From the NCBI GenBank assembly GCA_963840455.1, contig CAWIYV010000014.1, positions 32,001 through 96,000 of the forward strand: 64,000 nucleotides of DNA, written 5' to 3'. The translations under genes and the position numbers were made by a program. The DNA comes from Nitrospirota bacterium (GTDB lineage: Bacteria; Nitrospirota; UBA9217). The notes beneath the pieces were generated by a model that saw nothing but the letters and a program-made list of their open reading frames with translations, ran no database searches and was not told the origin of the DNA. Shown here one piece after another: positions 10,245 to 19,378 of the stretch; the first letter of the stretch is position 1, and every line of letters starts with the position of its first letter.

Positions 10245-10721
10245 ATGGATACGAAAAACAGCAGCCAGCCAAAGGACAAACATTTTCTTATCGCCGTGGA
10301 CGAATCGGAGAGCTCGAAGCGGGCCGTGCTGTACGTGGCGGACATCGTCGGCGGGTTCCCGGGTTTCGCCTTGACGCTGCTTTCGATCATCCCGGAGCCT
10401 GAGGAGGACTTCTTCGATTCCGAGGAGGAGCAGATCACCTGGACCAGGGAGAAGCTTGAGGCGGCGAACCGCATGCTCGAGAACTACCGCCAGGTCCTGA
10501 TCCACGCAGGATTCCCTCCGGAGAAGGTGCACATCCGGTCTTGTGTGGGCGAGGAAAAATCTTTCGCCGAAGCTATCCTCGATACGCGATGCGACCTGAC
10601 CTGCTGTACCGTGGTGGTCGGCCGCCACCATAAATCCAAAGCCGAAGAGTTCCTTTTCGGCAGCACCTCGACCAAGCTCATCCGTGAAGCCAAGAACTGC
10701 GCTGTGTGGGTGATTGAGTAG
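10245..10721 (+). CDS. Universal stress protein (UspA family)
   Basis: FLIAVDESESS.RAV, VVVGR...FLFGSTS.KLI...CAVWVI. Confidence 0.9.
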   Translation: MDTKNSSQPKDKHFLIAVDESESSKRAVLYVADIVGGFPGFALTLLSIIPEPEEDFFDSEEEQITWTREKLEAANRMLENYRQVLIHAGFPPEKVHIRSCVGEEKSFAEAILDTRCDLTCCTVVVGRHHKSKAEEFLFGSTSTKLIREAKNCAVWVIE

Positions 10722-10890
10722 AAAAGGTACATTCCCTGGTAAAATTACAGCTTTGCGTTCTCGCAAGTTCTACTCTCCGTTTGACACGGTAGCAGCCTCC
10801 GTTTATTATTTCCCGAACAAGGCCATGTATCGTCAGGGCGCCGGACAGCGCTGGGCCGCGGAGCTGTCTCCGACGGCTGCAAGGGGAGGC

Positions 10891-11409
10891 ATGATGAAAG
10901 ACTGCATGATGCTGACGGATAGGGCCTGCGACCGCGTTGTTGCCGCTTCGCTTGTCGTCCCGGCCATACTTCTGCCGGCACAGGCATGGGCGGCCCAGGT
11001 GGGCTGCTTCGTTACGGCCATGTTCCTGGGCATCATGTTCCTCGTGGGCCTGGGCATCACCGCATTCGCAAAGCACTTCCTCGCGAAATACGTATGGAAG
11101 GTCCCGAGAACGCCGTGGCTCAGGTTTTTCGGGATCACGTGGCTGGAGCTGTTGCTCGGCATCCTGGTCTTCGCTTTCGTCAGGACCAGTTTCTGGCTCA
11201 CGGTGCTGATCTACCTTCCCTTCGCCGCGCTCGTGAACCGGGCTCTCCTCGCCAGGCTCCGCGGCCCTGTTGACACACCGGCGACATTGCTTCAGCGGTA
11301 CGGGATCTTCCTGATCCTGCCCGCTGCGCTTCCGCTGTCCATCCAGGCATCCGGCGTTCTCTGGAGTGCTATCACGAACCTGATCACCTTCTCCGATCTG
11401 CATATGTAA
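10891..11409 (+). CDS. Hypothetical integral membrane protein
   Basis: GGAGG RBS; 4-5 hydrophobic segments. Confidence 0.6.
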   Translation: MMKDCMMLTDRACDRVVAASLVVPAILLPAQAWAAQVGCFVTAMFLGIMFLVGLGITAFAKHFLAKYVWKVPRTPWLRFFGITWLELLLGILVFAFVRTSFWLTVLIYLPFAALVNRALLARLRGPVDTPATLLQRYGIFLILPAALPLSIQASGVLWSAITNLITFSDLHM

Positions 11410-11651
11410 AAGGTATTGACGCAATCAACCGTCTTTTTCAGGGGCGAGCGCATTCCCTGCAGCTAAACTGCAGGGAGTTTCCATGAGGAAAAAGGACCGG
11501 ATCGCTCCAAATCCACCGCGACCGCGTCAGTCGCGGGGTTTATCAGCAGCATTTTTTTACGCATATTTTCGGCCTTGTTTCATGCCCTCCAAGTGCATCC
11601 AGCGCCATCAAACCCGCATGAAAACAGACTAAATGTGGTGTCAGATTGGCC

Positions 11652-11679
11652 TTGACTCCACAATATGTTGTGGTATACT
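11652..11679 (+). promoter_or_regulatory. Sigma70-type promoter with an NrdR box in the spacer
   Basis: TTGACT (11652)-16 bp-TATACT (11674); the spacer is the palindrome CCACAATATGTTGTGG, upstream of a ribonucleotide reductase gene. Confidence 0.8.
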
Positions 11680-11909
11680 TTCCTTCGTTATTTCCGAATA
11701 TTGCACGGTTCATCTGCAAGTTCCAGAAAGCCTTTCCTTCTTCTATTTCAAGCCAGGTGAGATGCAGCATATGACCGATGCCAGCAAGCCAGCGCTTCAT
11801 GCGAGAATCGTTCAGATCGTGTTCTATCCTGTCGTTTAGTAATCGAACCGGGGCGGTCACCATGACCGTCCCGCATTTATTTTGAATTTCATCCAAGGGG
11901 GCTTTATTT

Positions 11910-14267
11910 ATGAAAAGTGCGGTGTCCGCCGGGACGGCAACCGGTGCAGGTCTTCGGCTGTCCGAGAACAGCCTGAAGGTGCTGGAAAAGCGCTACCTCA
12001 AGCGGAACGAGGACGGCACCGTCGTCGAGACCGCCGTGGACATGTTCCAGCGCGTTGCCCGGACCATCGCGCAGGCCGATGCCAACTATGGCAAGACGCC
12101 TGACGTGATCGATAGGACGGCGCAGGAGTTCTACCGCATGATGACCTCGCTCGAGTTCCTGCCGAACAGTCCGACGCTCATGAACGCCGGCCGCGAGCTG
12201 GGCCAGCTGTCGGCGTGCTTTGTGCTGCCCGTGGGCGATTCCATGGACGAGATCTTCGAGTCCGTGAAGCACGCGGCCCTCATCCACAAGTCCGGCGGCG
12301 GCACCGGGTTCTCCTTTTCCCGCATCCGGCCGAGGAACGACGTGGTGAAGTCCACCAAGGGCGTCTCTTCGGGCCCCATCTCCTTCATGACCGTGTTCGA
12401 CGCGGCGACGGAGACGGTGAAGCAGGGCGGCACGCGCCGCGGCGCCAACATGGGCATCCTCTCGGTGGACCATCCCGACATCCTGGACTTCGTCACCTGC
12501 AAGCAGCAGAATGACCGCCTGAACAATTTCAACATCTCCGTGGCCTTCACCGACCCCTTCATGCAGGCCGTGGACAAGGACACGGAGTACGACCTGGTCT
12601 CACCGCGGAACAAGACCGTGGTCCGCAAGCTCAAGGCCCGGAAGGTCTTCGACACCATCGTGAACATGGCGTGGAGGAACGGCGACCCGGGCATCGTGTT
12701 CCTCGACCGCATCAACCAGTACAACCCGACGCCCCATATCGGCAGGATGGAGTCCACGAACCCCTGCGGCGAGCAGCCGCTCCTCCCCTACGAGTCCTGC
12801 AACCTGGGCTCCGTCAACCTGGCCACGATGGTGACGGTGAAGGACGGCAGGCCTGCCGTGGACTACGACAAGCTCCGCCACACGGTGCGCGAGGGCGTGC
12901 ATTTCCTCGACAACGTCATCGACGTGAACAAGTATCCCATCGAGAAGATCGCCGAGAACACCCGGGCCAACCGCAAGATCGGCCTGGGCGTCATGGGCTT
13001 CTCCGACATGCTCCTCCAACTCGGCATCCCCTACAACTCCGAGGAGGCGGTCCGGGTCGGCGGTTCCGTGATGCAGTTCCTCACCGAGGAAGGACGCAAG
13101 ATGAGCGAGGAGCTTGCTGCAGAGCGCAGCACCTTCCCGAACTTCAAGGGGAGCATCTACGACCGGCCCGGCCGGCGCCCGGTCCGGAACGCGACGGTCT
13201 CGACCATCGCCCCCACGGGGACCCTCTCCATCATCGCGGGCTGCTCCAGCGGCGTCGAGCCCCTCTTCGGCCTCACCTTCGTACGGCGGGTCCTGGACGG
13301 CGCTGAGCTGGTCGAGGTAAATCCAATCTTCGAAAAGGTCGCCCGGGAGCGCGGTTTCTTCTCCGACAGCCTCATGAAGGAGATCGCCGAGCACGGCGGG
13401 TGCACCGGTATCGCATCAGTGCCCGAGGACATCCAGCGCGTCTTCGTCACGGCCCACGACATCAGCCCCGAATGGCACGTCCGCATGCAGGCCGCGTTCC
13501 AGCAGTATACGGACAACGCCGTCTCCAAGACCGTGAACTTCCCGCACAGCGCCACAGCGAAGGACGTTGAGAAGGTGTACATGCTGGCCTACCAGCTCGG
13601 GTGCAAGGGGGTGACCATCTACCGCGACGGCTCTCGTGACGAACAGGTGCTCTCCACCGGCGCCACGGAGAAGGCGCGCAAGGCCGCCCAGCTGGCGGCC
13701 GCTGTCCTGGGTGTCCCGGCCGAGGAGAAGAAGCCGCGGAAGCGGCCGACCATGACCCACGGCGTCACCCAGAAGATCCCCACGGGATGCGGCAACCTCT
13801 ATATCACCATCAACGAGGACGAGGAGGGCATCTGCGAGGTCTTCTCGACCATGGGCAAGTCCGGCGGCTGCGCCTCCAGCCAGTCCGAGGCCGTCTCCCG
13901 CATGGTGTCGCTGGCGCTCCGGTCCGGCGTGTCCATCGACTCCATCATTCGTCAGGTGAAGGGCATCCGCTGCCCGTCGCCAGGATGGGGCGAGATGGGC
14001 AGGCAGATACTGTCCTGCCCCGACGCCATCGGCCTGGCCTTGGAGCGGTACAACAAGGACAATATGGGGCCCCGGAAGCAGAAGGATCTGCCTGTGGCAA
14101 CCGCGGAGGAGGTGCCGACGGTGCCCTACGTCTCCTCCGACTGCACGGCAGGAGAGAACACGAATCACCTGGGCCTTTGTCCCGAATGCCCGGACTGCGG
14201 CGGGCTTCTCGAGTTCGGCGAGGGCTGCGCGGTCTGCCGGGGGTGCGGATTCTCGAAGTGCGGGTAG
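11910..14267 (+). CDS. nrdJ: Adenosylcobalamin-dependent class II ribonucleotide reductase with TSCPD and Zn-ribbon C-terminus
   Basis: PNSPTLMNAG, LSACFV, TNPCGEQPL, TIAPTGT, KGVTIYRDGSR, SCPDAIG, CPDC...CRGCGFSKC. Confidence 0.95.
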   Translation: MKSAVSAGTATGAGLRLSENSLKVLEKRYLKRNEDGTVVETAVDMFQRVARTIAQADANYGKTPDVIDRTAQEFYRMMTSLEFLPNSPTLMNAGRELGQLSACFVLPVGDSMDEIFESVKHAALIHKSGGGTGFSFSRIRPRNDVVKSTKGVSSGPISFMTVFDAATETVKQGGTRRGANMGILSVDHPDILDFVTCKQQNDRLNNFNISVAFTDPFMQAVDKDTEYDLVSPRNKTVVRKLKARKVFDTIVNMAWRNGDPGIVFLDRINQYNPTPHIGRMESTNPCGEQPLLPYESCNLGSVNLATMVTVKDGRPAVDYDKLRHTVREGVHFLDNVIDVNKYPIEKIAENTRANRKIGLGVMGFSDMLLQLGIPYNSEEAVRVGGSVMQFLTEEGRKMSEELAAERSTFPNFKGSIYDRPGRRPVRNATVSTIAPTGTLSIIAGCSSGVEPLFGLTFVRRVLDGAELVEVNPIFEKVARERGFFSDSLMKEIAEHGGCTGIASVPEDIQRVFVTAHDISPEWHVRMQAAFQQYTDNAVSKTVNFPHSATAKDVEKVYMLAYQLGCKGVTIYRDGSRDEQVLSTGATEKARKAAQLAAAVLGVPAEEKKPRKRPTMTHGVTQKIPTGCGNLYITINEDEEGICEVFSTMGKSGGCASSQSEAVSRMVSLALRSGVSIDSIIRQVKGIRCPSPGWGEMGRQILSCPDAIGLALERYNKDNMGPRKQKDLPVATAEEVPTVPYVSSDCTAGENTNHLGLCPECPDCGGLLEFGEGCAVCRGCGFSKCG

Positions 14268-14390
14268 AATCCCGGTTCGGAGATGAAGCCAAGGGAACGC
14301 CAGCACCAGGAAGTCGTATGACCGGAGGCCCCGTGACCATGCAGAGTTCCCTTCAGCTTCGTGATAACGAGCGTATACCATGATCTGAAC

Positions 14391-14421
14391 GGCCGGGAGT
14401 TGTTTCTCCCGGCCTTTTTTT
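14391..14421 (+). terminator. Intrinsic terminator
   Basis: ggccgggag-ttgttt-ctcccggcc followed by a T tract. Confidence 0.8.
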
Positions 14422-14482
14422 GCGTAGGAGGACGGGACCTGTGTCCCGTCACCACGCTATCTTGACGGCATAAGGAGGTTCC

Positions 14483-14674
14483 ATGACGCTCGACGAGGTT
14501 ATCCTGGAGCTGTACCGCCTGGCGGAGACCAGGGAGTGGGATGGCAAGGCCTCCGACGAGGCGCTGGCAGCGGCGATCGAGGGCATGGAGCAGATCTGGA
14601 CGCTCCGGCAGGCCGATATGCGCAGGACCGCCCGGGTCCAGGCCCTGAAAAAGCAGCCGAGGATATGGTCGTAG
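14483..14674 (+). CDS. Small hypothetical protein (63 aa)
   Basis: Strong TAAGGAGGT RBS; host-like codon usage. Confidence 0.65.
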   Translation: MTLDEVILELYRLAETREWDGKASDEALAAAIEGMEQIWTLRQADMRRTARVQALKKQPRIWS

Positions 14675-14708
14675 CGGGCGTTGCCGCCCTGTTTTTCTGT
14701 GAAAATAC

Positions 14709-14737
14709 TTGACATTTTCCGGTTCTGATTCTAAATT
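14709..14737 (+). promoter_or_regulatory. Sigma70-type promoter
   Basis: TTGACA-17 bp-TAAATT. Confidence 0.55.
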
Positions 14738-14803
14738 ATTAATGAAAGTTCTTCTCCGCCAGGCGACGTTCCGGGCGGGCCACTTGATAAAGGAGGATAC
14801 GGG

Positions 14804-15130
14804 ATGGATACCGAACGGGTCAAGCAGTACGAGTGCAAGGTATGCGGCAGACGGATCGATGTGACCAGGGCCGGCGATGTCTACGAAGAGCCGATCTACT
14901 GCTGCGGTGTTCAGTCCGCCGAGGTAGGTGCCCCGGCAATGGTGCCGGCCGCCGCGTCCGCGAAGAAGAAACCGGCGAAGAAAAAAGCAGCGAAGAAGAA
15001 GGCCAAGAAGCCTGCTAAGAAGGCGGCGAAAAAGGCGAAGAAGAAACCGGCGAAGAAAAAGGCCGTGAAGAAGAAAACCGCCAGGAAGAAGACGGCGAAG
15101 AAGAAGGCTGTGAAGAAAAAGAAACGGTAA
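14804..15130 (+). CDS. Desulforedoxin-like metal-binding domain fused to a histone H1-like Lys/Ala tail
   Basis: YECKVCG...IYCCG followed by (KKPAKKKAA)n; AGGAGG RBS; own terminator. Confidence 0.75.
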   Translation: MDTERVKQYECKVCGRRIDVTRAGDVYEEPIYCCGVQSAEVGAPAMVPAAASAKKKPAKKKAAKKKAKKPAKKAAKKAKKKPAKKKAVKKKTARKKTAKKKAVKKKKR

Positions 15131-15150
15131 CGTACCGGATCGCCAAGCAG

Positions 15151-15183
15151 GCCCCCTGACCGAGAGGTCCGGGGGCTTTTTTC
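15151..15183 (+). terminator. Intrinsic terminator
   Basis: gccccc.gacc-gaga-ggtc.gggggc plus T tract. Confidence 0.75.
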
Positions 15184-15432
15184 GTCGGGGTCGCTGATCC
15201 AAAAACGGCATTTGACACTGATCAAATCGGATAGGTTCGGAAAACGGCGGATTCTTCATTGTCCGGCAGATGCGGACCCCCGCAGCAAGCTGCGGCGAAT
15301 GCGCTTTTTTCTCGATTTAACCTGCAGGACATGCTTTGCTAATCATGATGTTGATCCGCTTCTGACCGGTCTAAACGCTTTTTCGCTGTTCATGGGTATT
15401 TCACTTCGGGAGGGTCGGTCATCGAAAACGCC

Positions 15433-16200
15433 ATGCGGAACAGGGACGTCCGGGAACATCAGATCAGGCGGTTGACGGGGCAGGCGATCGGTGATTTTAG
15501 CCTGATCGGGGAGGGGGACCGCATCCTCGTGGCGCTGTCGGGCGGGAAGGACAGCTGGACCCTGCTGACCGTGCTGGAGTCCCTCCGGCGGAGGGCGCCG
15601 GTGGGCTTTACACTGGTCGCGGTCACGGTGCATCCCGGGTTCCCGGGCTTCTCAACGGAGGGGATAGAGTCCTATCTCCGAGATCAGGGGTTCGAACACC
15701 GGATCGTAGCCGCCCCGATCCACGACCTTATGCTGGACAAGCTCGGGCCTGATGATATTCCCTGCTCTCTGTGCTCCCGGATCAAACGCGGCGTGCTGTA
15801 CACCCAGGCGATGGAGCTGGGATGCACCAAGATCGCCCTCGGCCATCACCGCGACGATTTCATTGAGACACTGCTGCTGAACCAGTTCTACAACGGCAGG
15901 ATCAAGGCCATGGCCCCGCTGCTGCGCGCCGACGACGGCCGCAATGTGGTCATCCGGCCCCTCGTCTACGTGCCCGAGGAGGACATCATCGCCTACGCCG
16001 GGGAGGCGGGCTTTCCCGTCACCTGCTGCGCCTGCCCCGCCTGCGGCGATCCGGACCAGAAGCGGGTGAGGATCAAGAAGCTCCTTGCCGGCCTGGAAGA
16101 GGAGCACCCCGGGATCAAGGCGAGCCTGCTCGCGGCCCTGGGCGACGTGGACCACCGGCACCTCCTGGTGCGCGAGCGGGAACGGTCGCGCATCGAATGA
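15433..16200 (+). CDS. ttcA: tRNA 2-thiocytidine(32) synthetase
   Basis: PP-loop SGGKDS, CSLCSR, LGHHRDD, VIRPL. Confidence 0.88.
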   Translation: MRNRDVREHQIRRLTGQAIGDFSLIGEGDRILVALSGGKDSWTLLTVLESLRRRAPVGFTLVAVTVHPGFPGFSTEGIESYLRDQGFEHRIVAAPIHDLMLDKLGPDDIPCSLCSRIKRGVLYTQAMELGCTKIALGHHRDDFIETLLLNQFYNGRIKAMAPLLRADDGRNVVIRPLVYVPEEDIIAYAGEAGFPVTCCACPACGDPDQKRVRIKKLLAGLEEEHPGIKASLLAALGDVDHRHLLVRERERSRIE

Positions 16201-16279
16201 TGGCGCACGGTCCCGCGTGGGGGCCCCGGCGGAAAAGGACCGCGAAAATTTCCACAGTCGTCCGTATTGAAGCTCGCCT

Positions 16280-16545
16280 TTGAAGCTCCCTGCAGCAAGC
16301 TACAGGGGACCTTCGATCCTCAGGGGAGGATGGTTATCCTGATCGCTCGCTGACCCCCTGCACTCGCGGTTCCACTCGTAAACGCGAGGGGCAAGACCCC
16401 GCAGCAGGCTGCGGGGAATGCGCTCGCTCCTGGATTTAAGCTCCCAGAAGATTACTGCATGGAGCTTCGATCCTCAGGGTTAAACGATTATCCTAATCGC
16501 TTGCTAACCCCGCAGCAAGCTGCGGGGAATGCGCTCGCTCCTGGA
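16280..16545 (-). mobile_element. Two tandem copies of a ~110-bp non-autonomous palindromic element (IS200/IS605 PATE-like)
   Basis: Each copy has sub-terminal hairpins such as ccccgcagcaagctgcgggg; ends are TCCAGG...GCTT(C)AA on the minus strand; matches copies at 42115, 42502 and 49975. Confidence 0.7.
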
Positions 16546-16578
16546 TTTACCGCTTGATGCTCCTAATCCTCTATGTGT

Positions 16579-16608
16579 TTGACAATGTCCTGATGAGTGG
16601 AATATAAT
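16579..16608 (+). promoter_or_regulatory. Sigma70 promoter
   Basis: TTGACA-18 bp-TATAAT. Confidence 0.65.
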
Positions 16609-16667
16609 CAACTCATCCTGGACAGGCAGGACAGCTGTTGTTATACAGGATCTTATGGAGGGACCTT

Positions 16668-17351
16668 ATGGCAGAACGAAAAAAACTGGGAATCCTCCTC
16701 AAGGAGGCCGGCCTGATCGACGAAAACCAGCTCGCGGCTGCGTTGTCGCACCAGCATCACTGGGGCGGAAAGCTCGGCTCCATCATCGCTGAGCTGGGGT
16801 TCACCCGGGAAGAGGACATCGCACGGATCATCTCCGAGACCATGGGGGTCCCCCATGTGAACCTTTTCGAGCCGGAGATATCCCCCGATGTCATCAAGCT
16901 TATCAAGGCGGACATGGCCAAGAAATTCGGCGTCGTCCCGGTCAAGAAGGAGGCCAATGCGCTGACCCTTGCCATGTCGGACCCTTTGGACATCGAGACC
17001 ATGGACAATGTCCGGTTCATCACCGGCCTGACCATCAAGCCGGTCCTGGCCATGGCAGTGGAGATCAAGGACGCCATCCGGAAATACTATGACGGCGAGG
17101 AGGTCACGCGGAAGTCCTCGGACCAATTCCGCGAAACAGCGATGAATGTGGAGATCGTGCGCGAGGTCCCGAACATTGCCACGACGGAATGGAACCAGCA
17201 GACCCAGCAGCAGGACTCCCAATCGCTCCAGCAGGCCATGGCCACCCAGAAGACAGTTCTCGATGCCCTCGTTTCCATCCTCATCGAGAAGGAGATCATA
17301 ACCCGCGGCGAAATCGCGAAGTTCATCGAGCAGAAGAAGTTGGGGCTGTAG
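16668..17351 (+). CDS. Stand-alone MshEN/GSPII_E N-terminal domain protein (putative c-di-GMP receptor)
   Basis: KLGILLKEAGLIDENQLAAALSHQ...KLGSII, LAMSDPLD; no ATPase domain. Confidence 0.8.
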   Translation: MAERKKLGILLKEAGLIDENQLAAALSHQHHWGGKLGSIIAELGFTREEDIARIISETMGVPHVNLFEPEISPDVIKLIKADMAKKFGVVPVKKEANALTLAMSDPLDIETMDNVRFITGLTIKPVLAMAVEIKDAIRKYYDGEEVTRKSSDQFRETAMNVEIVREVPNIATTEWNQQTQQQDSQSLQQAMATQKTVLDALVSILIEKEIITRGEIAKFIEQKKLGL

Positions 17352-17430
17352 GAAGTTCGGAGCGGGACCTGGAGGGGAGCTGTCGGCGTCAGCGTCAGAG
17401 CTGTCCGGGGAGAACAGGGAGAGGAAGCGT

Positions 17431-17847
17431 ATGCACATGAACAAGGTCGGTATTTCGGTGCTCGTCCTGGCAGCGGTAGTGCTCGCCGGGAGCGTCTCCG
17501 CTGGCGAACGCCAGGGACCGAGGATCTCGGTGAAGGACGCCAGGTTCGATTTCGGCATGGTGAGCCAGGGAACTCAAGCCGAGCATATTTTCGAGATCAA
17601 GAACACCGGCGATGAGCTCCTGGAGATCACGCAGATACAACCTACCTGAGGGTGCACGGCGGGGCTGGTCAGTTCGGACCGGCTGGAACCAGGGGCAACG
17701 GCACAGTTGAAGGTCTCCGTGGACACGGCAGGCAGGTCGGGGCACATGACGAAGCATGTGACGATCCGTTCCAACGACCGGGTGACGCCTGCGATACCGG
17801 TGACCGTGATGCTCACGGTGACGGCGGATACAGCGGGCCAGAAGTAG
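17431..17847 (+). CDS. Secreted DUF1573-like Ig-fold protein, probable selenoprotein (TGA at 17647-17649)
   Basis: Signal peptide; FDFG...HIFEIKNTG..LLEI.QIQPT-TGA-GCT..LEPG....V.IRSND; the TGA sits at the first Cys of the xCGCT motif; downstream hairpin. Confidence 0.8.
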
Positions 17848-17981
17848 AAGGCCCGCATGCCCGGGGACGTCCCGGCGGACAACAGGCGGGGAAACGAGGA
17901 GGCCGGCAGAGAAAACTCTGCCGGCCTTTGATGTTTGGCGGCTATGTTCACGCCCGGCCCGAGGATCGGCTGGGGCACGGA

Positions 17982-19028
17982 TCAGGGCTTGTTCGAATCG
18001 GACTGCTGGTCCACTTCAGCGTACACGAGACCGGTGATGTCCCGGATGACCCGGGCGAGGCTCCGGAAGTCGCTCCCCAGCGCGGTGATGCCGAGAAGGA
18101 ACGGCCTCTCGGGGTGATAGATGATGCCGAATTCGTGGAGCTGCAGCACCTCGGAGGGCGCGCCGTCAGCATCCGGTGCTGGGATGATCCGCTCTCCTGC
18201 CTTGCTCGCGAGGCTGACCTCGGGCGGGATGCCCGCGGCCATGCCGTCGCGGAACACCGACCGGGCGAGATAGCGGAGCGCTTTTTCGGACATTTCCTCG
18301 TTCAGGTACGATGCATTGAAGAGGACGCGGAAATAGGAGGCGTAGGCACTGAGCGTCAGCGAATCCTCTTTCTTTTCGGGATCGTAGTTCATATAGAGGT
18401 CCCGGGAGGTCCGGAGCAGATTAGCAGGCGGCATGTTCGCCAGAAGCAGGGCGTAGGCGCTGTTGTCGCCGTAGGCGGTCATCCGGAAGAGAAGCTCGTT
18501 CACCGTATATTCTTTTCCCGGCTCAAGCGGCTTCGGCGATCTCAGGTAGCGCGGCTCGAAGGGCCCGCCGACGCCGCGATAGAAGATCTTCTTTCTGAGG
18601 ACGAGGGGATTGGTCTCGGACCACTTGAAATAGGCGATCAGGAGCGGGATCTTGAGCTGGCTTTCGGGCGAGAACTTCTCGTTCTCCCTGATGCCGAACC
18701 AGTTGCCGTTGTCCAGGTCGCGGAAGTAGACCGAGACCGCCGTTGCCTCGTCGCTGTCGAGCTTTTCCTGGATCAGCGCGTCCACCTTGTAGCGGAACGG
18801 CTTCAGTTCGCGGATCTTGCGCAGGTCGGGGTTCGTCTTGGTGATGATAGGTCGGATAAAGGCGAAGTCCTCACCGGGAGACGAACGCTGGACAATACGT
18901 TCGTTCTGTCCTGCATAGAACAGCCAGGTGCCCCTGCCCAAAAAGATCCCCAGGGCAAAGGCCCCGGCGATCACGACCCAGAGGATCGATCGGTTGATCG
19001 TTATGTTCTTTTTCGGGGTCTTTTCCAT
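17982..19028 (-). CDS. Membrane-anchored class A beta-lactamase-like serine hydrolase
   Basis: N-terminal TM; SVYFRDL; SQLK (SxxK); GDN in place of SDN; SKAG; HEFGIIY. Confidence 0.75.
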   Translation of the reverse strand: MEKTPKKNITINRSILWVVIAGAFALGIFLGRGTWLFYAGQNERIVQRSSPGEDFAFIRPIITKTNPDLRKIRELKPFRYKVDALIQEKLDSDEATAVSVYFRDLDNGNWFGIRENEKFSPESQLKIPLLIAYFKWSETNPLVLRKKIFYRGVGGPFEPRYLRSPKPLEPGKEYTVNELLFRMTAYGDNSAYALLLANMPPANLLRTSRDLYMNYDPEKKEDSLTLSAYASYFRVLFNASYLNEEMSEKALRYLARSVFRDGMAAGIPPEVSLASKAGERIIPAPDADGAPSEVLQLHEFGIIYHPERPFLLGITALGSDFRSLARVIRDITGLVYAEVDQQSDSNKP

Positions 19029-19378
19029 TACGGTTGCCTGCTTTGCACATTGTAAGGCAAAGACCGGCGTAACACAAGTGCCATGCCCCGCAGGTAACAT
19101 GCGGCAATTCCTGTGAAATTCCCATATTATTTGCTTGACAATTTTCCGCCCCCTGTGTTAGAGTCCTATGCCCTGAACGACCGGAACGGACAAAGAGAGG
19201 CCCTATCAACCGTGCAACAGCTCAGACATCCTACATATCCCAGCGACATGCCTTCCCCGGGCATAGGTCCCGACAAGGGACTATAATCTTCTTCGTTATC
19301 AATAATAACCCTTACGTTTCAACCACTTTTTAATTCAGCCGGTTCGACAAGACCAACTCTTCAATGGAGGATACACCC

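Noticed and set aside
11700-11900. Cobalamin riboswitch ahead of nrdJ
   Set aside because: Only a weak aagccaggtgag resemblance; the core GGGAA/GCCACTG elements are not found
17652-19055. 467-aa plus-strand ORF and similar long antisense ORFs (1033-2310, 50765-52414, 60318-62510)
   Set aside because: Shadow frames of GC-rich genes on the opposite strand
19190-19230. SAM-I or glycine riboswitch
   Set aside because: aagagagg and gcaac are only fragments; the required helices are missing
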